From assembly GCA_012962735.1 (NCBI GenBank), contig DTXA01000509.1:1-36671 (forward strand): 36,671 nucleotides of DNA. The letters run 5' to 3'. The DNA is from Candidatus Latescibacterota bacterium (GTDB lineage Bacteria; Latescibacterota; 4484-107; B68-G9). This document shows, in pieces, positions 19,054-28,496 of this stretch; the first letter of the stretch is position 1; every line of letters begins with the position of its first letter. A model generated the notes under the pieces. The model worked only from the letters and a program-made list of their open reading frames with translations, had not been told where the DNA came from and ran no database searches. Made by a program: the position numbers and the translations under genes.

Positions 19054-22000
19054 TTACCTCATAGAGATCACACGGGCCTCTATGAGCGTCTTCAACTGTG
19101 TCTCAGCGAACTTCACCTGAGCCAATGCGTTGGGGTCGCTCCCGTATTCTTTGACGGCCCTCCGGTAGTACTCGGCCGCCTTCTCGAACTCCTCCATCGC
19201 CTGGTACGACGCCCCGATGTTCACCAGGGCGCTCGCCGAATACACGCTGCCGGGATATTTCTGCAGCACTTCTTCAAATATCTCTATAGCTTCCTTGTAA
19301 TTTTCTTGATCGAATAACACCTCGCCCTGGCTGTAGAGCTTATATGCGCTTATCTCCGCAAGGTTCGCCAACAGCATCTTGGCCCGCCGCACCCTCGGGT
19401 GGTCTGGGAAAAGCTCTATGAATTTCTCGTACGCTGCCTTAGCCTCGTCGTACCGCTCCTCCCCGTAGTAGTAGTCCCCAAGCGTGAACTGGGCCATCGG
19501 TCCGTAATCCCCCTCCCTGAAATCCGCTACAAGCCGCTCGAACAACGGCACAGCCTTCTCCTTCTCTCCCTTGCGTACAAAACACCACGCGCGGGAATAG
19601 ATGGAATCATCCACCCATCCGGACTTGGGGTACTCTCGCTCCACCCGCTCGAACAAGGCATAAGCTTCGTCCCACTGCTTCAGGTTGAACAGCGACTCCC
19701 CTGCTCTAAACAGTGCTTCCACCGCCTGGCGGCTCTTAGGGTACCTGCGCACCAAGGTCAAGAAGGTCTTAGATGCATCCTCCCACTTCCCCAGCCGGTA
19801 GTACCCCCAGGCTCCCAAGTATAGCGCTTGCAGAGCCTCCTTGCTCTCGGGGTACTTGCGGTAGTAATCTAAGAACGCCTTGGTGCTCATCAACACCGCT
19901 GCCTGTTTCTCTTCAGGCTTCCCTTTAAGCTCCTCTGAATAGTAGTAATATGCCGCGCCTATCTGGAAGAGTGCTCCCGGGGCCGCTAAGGTGGTCGGGT
20001 ACTCCTCCACCACCTTCTTGTACTGCGCCGCCGCATCGAGGTAACGCCCCATCTTCATATAGGCGTTCCCCGCAGTGTAGTACCCCGAGGCGATGCTCTC
20101 CTCTTTCTTGCTCACCTTGGTCAACCGCAGCGCTGTCTCTATGCTCTCCTGGTAGCGCCCGAGCTTGAAGTATACGTTCGCCAGCCGGGCCAACACTATG
20201 CTCCGCTCCATATCGTCCTGGGCCTGGGAGAGGAGCTCGTTGTAGATCCGGATGGCGTCCTCCAGGCTCTCCTTCTCAGCTAAGGCCACCAGCTGCACCC
20301 TGGCCGCCTGTGCCAGCGTGCGGTCCCGGCTCCGCGTCACATCCCGCAACAGCTCCTCCGCCTCCCGGCTCCGATCCACCGCCGAATACACCAACGCCAG
20401 GGCCAGCCTGGTCTTATCCAACATCTGAGGGTCGACCCCGGGCGCCTTTAAGAGGTACTGGTAATCCTCTATCGCCTTATCGAACTCCAACAACTTATGG
20501 TAGGCCTGCCCACGGCCGAAGTAGCTGTACACTATGTACTCGCTCTGAGGGAAACGTTCGATTACAGCCGTATAGTGCTGTACGGCCTTTTTGTAGTCCT
20601 CCAACTGCCCCAGGTACAGCTGGCCCAGTTGGAAGTGCATCAGGACTTCCAACTGGGGGTCACCGGATACCTTCCCCTCAAGCTCCTCCGATATCGCCTC
20701 GGCCTTCTGGGGCTTCTCCATTTCGGCATACAGCGAGGCCATAGCCAACTGAGCGCCCACGTAGCTCTGCCCGGCCGTCTCCGGCACTTTGGAGAACATC
20801 TCCAAGGCTCCGTCCTTCTCCCCTCTCTTGCGGAGCACCAAGCCCAGGTAATAGTATGCATCCCCGATCTCCGGGGCCTTCGAGTACCGCTTTATCATCT
20901 GCCGGCAGTACTGCTCCGCCTCGGCATACTTCCCACCGTCGTATGCTATTCTCCCCAACCGCAACATACATACCGGAGCGGACGGCGATCTCGGAAACCT
21001 CTCCACCACCTGTGCGTAGAACTTGACCGCCCTCTCCTTGTCCCCTAACTGCTCCGCAGACCATCCGGCGCTATATAAAGCCTGGGCCAAAAGCTTCGTA
21101 TCCGCATCGGGGTAGTTCTCCAGGACCGCCTGATATGCTTTTATGGCTTCTTCGTACTTCCCCTCGGCCTCCTCGTAATTTCCCGCACTTTCCTCGTATT
21201 TCCCCCAGTAATAGTACGCTTCCCCTATGTAGAACTGCGCCTGCGGCAGGTACGGGCTCTGGGGATAGTTCGTGATCACCCTTCGATACGCCTCTATCGC
21301 TTTATCGTACTTCCCCCACTTCTGGTAGTTATCCCCTATCAGCTTCTGGATTTTCGCCTTGGAATCGTACTCCTCCACGGTCTCCTGCGCCCGCACGTAG
21401 GTCTCGTAGGCCTTCTCGAAATCCCCCATCCGCTCCCTGTAGATATCCGCTATCTTCAAGAACGAACTGTTGAACAGAAGCAGGTAGTTCTCGAAATCCA
21501 CGTTCTTCCCTTCACGGAACGATGCCCGGAGGAGCTCGTACATTGTATCGTACAGATCTATCACTCTCTGGTACACCTCTATAGCCTTCTCGTACTGCCC
21601 TAAGGCCTCATAGCTGGTCGCCATAAGGTAAGAGGCGTCCGATATAGCCACGCTCTTGGGATACTTCTCCAACAGCTTCTGGGTCTCTTCTATGGCCTTC
21701 TCGTACTGCTCCTGCTCGTAGTGACAGCTCGCAATCCGGAATTGGGCGTCGGGTGCATACTTACTGTCCGGATACTTGGCCAGCATATCGGAGAATACCT
21801 CTATGGCCTTTCCATACTTCTTCGCCTTAAACAGACTGAAACCCTGGTAGAAATATGCTTTATCCACCAGGGCGGAGTTGGGGAACATCTGGACAAATCG
21901 GGCGTACTCTTCTGCGGCCTGCTCGTACTGTTGCTGATAAAATCTTGTATCCCCTATCTGATACTGCACCGTAGCACGGAACTCCTCAGGAACCTCGGGC

Positions 22001-22320
22001 TCATCGGTCACCTTCTGGAAGGAGGAGATGGCCTTCTCATAGTCCCCCAATTTCTTATAACTATTCCCGAGCTGATACCAAGCCGCTGCCCGGATAGGCA
22101 ACTTAAGTTCGTTGATCTCGACCGTGACCTTGTTTACATCCACCGCCTTGTGGTGGAACTTGACGATCTTATAGTACTCCTTAACAGCTAATTCATACTC
22201 CCCCAAAGCATAAAAAGACTGCCCATTTTCAAACCATGTCTTTAGGTTCTGGGGGACAGGCAAAAAAAGACTAACCCCCAGAGCCGCCAACAGTAGAGCC
22301 ACAACCCACTTGGTAGACAT
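19054..22320 (-). CDS. secreted giant TPR-repeat protein (YbgF/CpoB- and BamD-like repeats)
   Basis: 1088-aa ORF with N-terminal signal/anchor MSTKWVVALLLAALGVSLFL. Tandem units of the type Y..A...Y..F...YP.S......A.Y..G run along the whole length (for example FVQMFPNSALVDKAYFYQG, LAKYPDSKYAPDAQFRIASC, ITNYPQSPYLPQAQFYIGEA). Confidence 0.85.
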   Translation of the reverse strand: MSTKWVVALLLAALGVSLFLPVPQNLKTWFENGQSFYALGEYELAVKEYYKIVKFHHKAVDVNKVTVEINELKLPIRAAAWYQLGNSYKKLGDYEKAISSFQKVTDEPEVPEEFRATVQYQIGDTRFYQQQYEQAAEEYARFVQMFPNSALVDKAYFYQGFSLFKAKKYGKAIEVFSDMLAKYPDSKYAPDAQFRIASCHYEQEQYEKAIEETQKLLEKYPKSVAISDASYLMATSYEALGQYEKAIEVYQRVIDLYDTMYELLRASFREGKNVDFENYLLLFNSSFLKIADIYRERMGDFEKAYETYVRAQETVEEYDSKAKIQKLIGDNYQKWGKYDKAIEAYRRVITNYPQSPYLPQAQFYIGEAYYYWGKYEESAGNYEEAEGKYEEAIKAYQAVLENYPDADTKLLAQALYSAGWSAEQLGDKERAVKFYAQVVERFPRSPSAPVCMLRLGRIAYDGGKYAEAEQYCRQMIKRYSKAPEIGDAYYYLGLVLRKRGEKDGALEMFSKVPETAGQSYVGAQLAMASLYAEMEKPQKAEAISEELEGKVSGDPQLEVLMHFQLGQLYLGQLEDYKKAVQHYTAVIERFPQSEYIVYSYFGRGQAYHKLLEFDKAIEDYQYLLKAPGVDPQMLDKTRLALALVYSAVDRSREAEELLRDVTRSRDRTLAQAARVQLVALAEKESLEDAIRIYNELLSQAQDDMERSIVLARLANVYFKLGRYQESIETALRLTKVSKKEESIASGYYTAGNAYMKMGRYLDAAAQYKKVVEEYPTTLAAPGALFQIGAAYYYYSEELKGKPEEKQAAVLMSTKAFLDYYRKYPESKEALQALYLGAWGYYRLGKWEDASKTFLTLVRRYPKSRQAVEALFRAGESLFNLKQWDEAYALFERVEREYPKSGWVDDSIYSRAWCFVRKGEKEKAVPLFERLVADFREGDYGPMAQFTLGDYYYGEERYDEAKAAYEKFIELFPDHPRVRRAKMLLANLAEISAYKLYSQGEVLFDQENYKEAIEIFEEVLQKYPGSVYSASALVNIGASYQAMEEFEKAAEYYRRAVKEYGSDPNALAQVKFAETQLKTLIEARVISMR

Positions 22321-22342
22321 AGGTTATTTCACCCCCTTCCCT

Positions 22343-23227
22343 TTAAAACCTATACCCGAAGGAAATCCTATGCTCTCCTCCCACCGGCAGGTCCAAAAGG
22401 TACCTATACCCGTACTCCAAACGCATATTCCAAAGGGTGTACCCGACCCCCGCGTTCACCTTGGCGCTTCCCTTCCCCTTCTCTAAGAACTGTCCTCCGC
22501 CTAAATACACCGAGAAATTCTCCCCGAACCTCTGCTCCACGCCGCCGGAGAGGTCCATCACTCCGTCCTTGGAGGTAAGTTCGGCTGTCGCCAACATCCC
22601 GAGCCTCTCATAAGCCACCCCCACCCTGACCTCCATCGGGAGCTTGCCCCCCAAGTCGGTATTCTTGGCGATGCTGGGCTGGTTGATGTTCCGCAGGAAC
22701 GCCCCCACCCGCACCTTCCAGGGAGTCCTCCAGAACAATCCAGCGTCCAACCCGATCTTAAGGCCCGAGGAGACCGAACCCCCCAAGGGGTCGTTCAAAC
22801 CCGACAGGTCCGCCTTCCACATCATCCCCTTGAGGTTCACTCCCAAGCTCAAACCTCCCATAAGATAACGGGCATAGGAAAGGATAAAGGCGTCCTTGTT
22901 GAACCTATCCGCCATGAACATCTGAACTCCAAGCCCCAGAGTGCCCAGCCCCCCGGCAGGGAGCACAAGCCCGACCAAGCCCATACCGAGTTTATCCCCC
23001 TCGATCCCGGGGAAGAGCCTCGCCCCCATCACTGTAATCTCCATCCGATCCATCTGCACCAGACCGGCGGGGTTCAGGAATATCGCGTTAGGATCGTCCG
23101 CCACCGCCACGAAGCTCCCCCCGAGGCTAACGGGCCTTGCCCCCACACAGAGGTCGAGCTCATCCGCCCGCGCTGGGACCAACCAAGCCAACATCATCAG
23201 GACCCCGATCAGTGCTCCATACTTCAT
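22343..23227 (-). CDS. outer-membrane beta-barrel protein (FadL/PorV-like N-terminal signature)
   Basis: ORF 22343..23260 trimmed to ATG 23227 (GGGGTGA SD). This gives signal peptide MKYGALIGVLMMLAWLVPARA; ATG 23260 remains possible. Motif GARPVSLGGSFVAVADDPNAIFLNPAGL. Alternating beta-strand pattern and a C-terminal ...ISFGYRF ending in Phe. Confidence 0.75.
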   Translation of the reverse strand: MKYGALIGVLMMLAWLVPARADELDLCVGARPVSLGGSFVAVADDPNAIFLNPAGLVQMDRMEITVMGARLFPGIEGDKLGMGLVGLVLPAGGLGTLGLGVQMFMADRFNKDAFILSYARYLMGGLSLGVNLKGMMWKADLSGLNDPLGGSVSSGLKIGLDAGLFWRTPWKVRVGAFLRNINQPSIAKNTDLGGKLPMEVRVGVAYERLGMLATAELTSKDGVMDLSGGVEQRFGENFSVYLGGGQFLEKGKGSAKVNAGVGYTLWNMRLEYGYRYLLDLPVGGEHRISFGYRF

Positions 23228-23289
23228 AGCGCTCACCCCTTTCTCTTGAGAGACCCCCATTGCTCCTATCCCCTCTGTTTCTTTCAGAG

Positions 23290-23318
23290 AATATAAGCTA
23301 TATACAACTCCTTGTCAA
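23290..23318 (-). promoter_or_regulatory. sigma70 promoter of the barrel-TPR-exbB-exbD-DUF4159 operon (TTGACA-N17-TATATT)
   Basis: On the minus strand, -35 is the complement of 23313-23318 and -10 is the complement of 23290-23295, with a 17-nt spacer. It lies in the 65-nt gap after the pgk stop. Confidence 0.65.
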
Positions 23319-23325
23319 GGCCTTT

Positions 23326-24552
23326 TTACACTTCTTCCGACGTATCTTCCTTATCCGTAAGAGATTTTACTCCAGGAAGTTCCCTCCCCTCCACGAACTC
23401 CAAAGAGGCTCCCCCTCCCGTGGACGCATGGCTCACCCTTTCCTCCAACCCGGCCTTGCGCACCGCCGCAGCCGAATCCCCTCCTCCAACCACCGTTACA
23501 GCGCCCTTTTCTGTAGCCTCGGCCAAGGCCTTGGCCACCTCTTCGGTGCCCTTGGCGAACTCGTCTATCTCAAATACTCCCATAGGTCCGTTCCAGAAGA
23601 CCGTCTTGGCCCCCAGCACCTCCTCCCGGAACTCCCTCGCCGTCTCCGGTCCTATATCCACCCCCTCCCAGTCCGAGGGGATGCGGTCGCTGGGTACCAC
23701 TTGGGTCCTCCCGTACTTCCTCCCCTCGAAGTCCAGGAAATCCGTCACCACGTTATCGACAGGGAGCACCAGTCGGACCCCCTTCCGTCCGGCCTCTTCC
23801 ATAAGCTCGGAGGCCAAGGACACCTTATCCTCCTCCAAAAGAGACTTCCCCACCTCCCATCCCTTGGCCTTGAAGAAAGTGTACGCCATCCCCCCACCAA
23901 TCAAAAGTGCATCCACCTGCCCCAATAGGTTCCTTATCACCCCTATCTTGTCCGAGACCTTGGCTCCTCCCAATATCGCCACAAAGGGCCGTTTCGGGTT
24001 TTCCAAAACCATCCCCAAAAACTCCAACTCCTTCTCCATCAGGAACCCAGCAGCGCACTGGGAGAAGTAATGGGTCACCCCTTCGGTGGAGGCGTGCGCC
24101 CGGTGGGCCGTGCCGAACGCATCGTTCACATAGACATCCCCTAAGGACGCGAGCTTCCTGGAGAACTCGGGATCGTTCTTCTCCTCCTCGGGATGAAACC
24201 TCATGTTCTCCAACAACAAAACGTCCCCCTCCTTCAACTCCCCCACCATCTTCTCCACCTCAGGGCCCATGCAATCCGGAGCCATCCCCACCGGCCTCCC
24301 TAATAACTCTGAAAGACGCCCCGCCACGGGCTTCAGGCTCAGCTCCGGGACTACCTTCCCCTTCGGCCGTCCCAGATGCGACATCAGGATAAGCTTCCCC
24401 CCATGCTCCGTCACATACCGGATCGTGGGCAGTGACGCCCTTATTCGGGTGTCGTCCCGGACCTTCCCGTCCTCCAACGGCACGTTGAAGTCCACCCTCA
24501 TAAGGACCCTTTTCCCCTTAAGCTCCAAATCCCGCACCGTAAGTTTCGCCAT
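23326..24552 (-). CDS. pgk: phosphoglycerate kinase
   Basis: 408-aa [61 protein letters not shown]. Confidence 0.95.
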   Translation of the reverse strand: MAKLTVRDLELKGKRVLMRVDFNVPLEDGKVRDDTRIRASLPTIRYVTEHGGKLILMSHLGRPKGKVVPELSLKPVAGRLSELLGRPVGMAPDCMGPEVEKMVGELKEGDVLLLENMRFHPEEEKNDPEFSRKLASLGDVYVNDAFGTAHRAHASTEGVTHYFSQCAAGFLMEKELEFLGMVLENPKRPFVAILGGAKVSDKIGVIRNLLGQVDALLIGGGMAYTFFKAKGWEVGKSLLEEDKVSLASELMEEAGRKGVRLVLPVDNVVTDFLDFEGRKYGRTQVVPSDRIPSDWEGVDIGPETAREFREEVLGAKTVFWNGPMGVFEIDEFAKGTEEVAKALAEATEKGAVTVVGGGDSAAAVRKAGLEERVSHASTGGGASLEFVEGRELPGVKSLTDKEDTSEEV

Positions 24553-24584
24553 ACTTCCTCCCCCAAGAAATGATCGCTCACTTT

Positions 24585-24660
24585 AAAGAGGCCCCTCTTT
24601 CGGTCTAATACAAAGACCCCAAAAAGTATCCCGGCGAAGAGCTCTTTGAGGCTATAAAAG
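24585..24660. repeat. intergenic structured repeat, copy A (gap-pgk spacer)
   Basis: It shares an identical 20-mer CTCTTTCGGTCTAATACAAA (24595-24614) with copy B at 35907-35926. The adjacent hairpin AAAGAG-NNNN-CTCTTT and a second helix built on CCCCAAAAAG (24617-24626) / CTCTTTGAGG (24642-24651) are also shared. Confidence 0.7.
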
Positions 24661-24661
24661 C

Positions 24662-26721
<2,060 letters not shown>

Positions 26722-26768
26722 CCCGGTTCCCTCCTTTCGAACGTCCGATCACCCTGTTAACCTTGCCG

Positions 26769-26797
26769 AAGATAACATAGAATTTCACAGATGTCAA
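26769..26797 (-). promoter_or_regulatory. sigma70 promoter of pfk-gap-pgk (TTGACA-N17-TATCTT)
   Basis: On the minus strand, -35 is the complement of 26792-26797 and -10 is the complement of 26769-26774, with a 17-nt spacer. It lies about 48 nt upstream of ATG 26721. Confidence 0.6.
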
Positions 26798-26828
26798 GCA
26801 CTCTATATGTCCAAATAAATGTCGTTAG

Positions 26829-26859
26829 CCCCCAAAAAGTATCGAGGCGAAATCGCCTC
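26829..26859 (-). terminator. terminator-like hairpin plus U-run after rng; contains the 13-nt core motif (copy C)
   Basis: On the minus strand, GAGGCG-AUUU-CGCCUC overlaps the rng stop and is followed by GAUACUUUUUGGGGG. The core CCCCAAAAAGTAT is at 26830-26842 on the plus strand. Confidence 0.45.
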
Positions 26860-28372
26860 ACACCCGCCGGTACTGCTCCGTCAGGTCCTCTCTGATCTTC
26901 CCCGAGAGCACCCGGAACTCTTCTATGGAAAGGTCCTCGTCCTCCTCCAACTCTAACCTCACCTTGGCCGACTTCTGCAGGAGCTTAAGCCTTCTTTCTC
27001 TGTCCTCCCTAAGGTATTCGGCCACGCTCGGGTGCACCCTGAGGGCGAACTTCCGCTCCCTGGAGAACACCCTCGCCCTCTTCAAACACCGCTCTATCTT
27101 CGTAACCGTCGTATCCCGTCCCTGCACCCTTCCAACCCCCCCGCACACAGGGCATGGCTCGCTGAAGGTATACAACAAACTTGGCCGCATCCGCTGGCGT
27201 GTCATCTCCAAAAGTCCGAATTGGTTGATCGGCAATATGTTAGTCCTCGCCCTGTCCCTCCTCAGCGCCTCGGCAAGCTCATCCTCCACCCTCCTTCGGT
27301 TCTTCGGGGAGACCATATCTATGAAGTCTATCACCACGATCCCACCTATGTCCCTCAGCCGCAACTGCCTTGCTATCTCCCGGGCCGCCTCTAAGTTTAT
27401 CTTCAATACCGTATCCTCTTGGTTATACCGGCCCACGTACTTACCGGTATTCACATCTATGGCCACCAGGGCCTCGGTGTGATCTATAACCAGAAACCCC
27501 CCTGTCTTCAGCTCTACCCTCCTCTGGAGGGCCTCCTCGACTTGCTCTTCGATATGGAAGGCGTCGAATATCGGCAGCTCCCCCTCGTACAGCTCCACCT
27601 TCCCCCTTAGGTGGGGGGAGACCTCTTTGAGGTATGAGAGTATCCTCTTGTACTCCTTCTTCGAATCCACCACCACCCGATCCACATCCTCCGAGAACAG
27701 GTCCCGCACCAGGCTGGAAGTTATCCCCATCTCCCGGTGCAGCAGCGCCGGAGCCTTGGCCTTCTGGCTGGCCTTTAAGATATCCTCCCAGAGCTTCGAA
27801 AGCTTCTTTATATCCCCCTTAAGCTCCCTTCCCCCCTTCCTCTTGGCCACCGTGCGCACGATCACCCCACAGTGTTCGGGGCGGAGCGAGGCAGCCAACT
27901 TTCTGAGCCTCCTGCGTTCGTTTACATCCGTGATCTTCCGGGACACCCCCAACAGGTCCTCCTGCCCCGGAGCTAACACCATAAACCTCCCCGGCAGCGA
28001 TATCGCCGTCGTCACCCTAGGCCCCTTATCCCCTATGGCCTCCTTGGTGACTTGGACCAGGATCTCCTGCCCCCGCCGAAGCCGCTGCTGGATGGGGGTC
28101 TGTCTTGGACGCTCGCAGCGTTCTTCCTCAAGGTCGAAGAAGTCCAGATCCCAGACGTCCGATGCGTGTAAGAAGGCGTTCTTCCCGGTCCCGATGTCCA
28201 CAAACGCTGCCTGCATCCCGGGCAGGACGTTCTGCACCACCCCCTTGTATATATTTCCCACCATCCTTTCCTGCTCCGGTCGCTCCACCAACAATTCCAC
28301 CAGGCGGCCGTCCTCCAATATGGCGATCCTCGTCTCGTGTATAGCCGCATTGAGCACAATCTCCGTACGCAC
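26858..28372 (-). CDS. rng: Rne/Rng family ribonuclease (RNase G-like)
   Basis: 504-aa ORF with a GTG start and GAGAGGG SD. S1 domain GNIYKGVVQNVLPGMQAAFVDIG. Catalytic region GGIVVIDFIDM. Zn-link-like CPVCGG. Confidence 0.9.
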   Translation of the reverse strand: MRTEIVLNAAIHETRIAILEDGRLVELLVERPEQERMVGNIYKGVVQNVLPGMQAAFVDIGTGKNAFLHASDVWDLDFFDLEEERCERPRQTPIQQRLRRGQEILVQVTKEAIGDKGPRVTTAISLPGRFMVLAPGQEDLLGVSRKITDVNERRRLRKLAASLRPEHCGVIVRTVAKRKGGRELKGDIKKLSKLWEDILKASQKAKAPALLHREMGITSSLVRDLFSEDVDRVVVDSKKEYKRILSYLKEVSPHLRGKVELYEGELPIFDAFHIEEQVEEALQRRVELKTGGFLVIDHTEALVAIDVNTGKYVGRYNQEDTVLKINLEAAREIARQLRLRDIGGIVVIDFIDMVSPKNRRRVEDELAEALRRDRARTNILPINQFGLLEMTRQRMRPSLLYTFSEPCPVCGGVGRVQGRDTTVTKIERCLKRARVFSRERKFALRVHPSVAEYLREDRERRLKLLQKSAKVRLELEEDEDLSIEEFRVLSGKIREDLTEQYRRV

Positions 28373-28496
28373 GCTTGCCCTCTCCCCTCGCTTAGGGCGG
28401 ACTCAGCCGCTGGAGGGGACAGCAGAAGACCCTCCGCCCACCATGCGACGCTCATAAACCCTCCCTCACATCCCCTCCGGCGGTCCTGTCCGCACC

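Noticed and set aside
19054-22320. Periodic look of the TPR gene; considered as a DNA tandem repeat or CRISPR-like array
   Set aside because: The periodicity is at the protein level only (degenerate 34-aa TPR units). There are no conserved DNA direct repeats with unique spacers, and the reading frame is continuous.
28373-28496. GC-rich, mutually exclusive helices in the rng leader: 28395-28401 with 28433-28439, versus 28412-28417 with 28430-28435
   Set aside because: The helices are short and the region is very GC-rich, so chance complementarity is likely. I have no comparative support and did not report it as a regulatory element.
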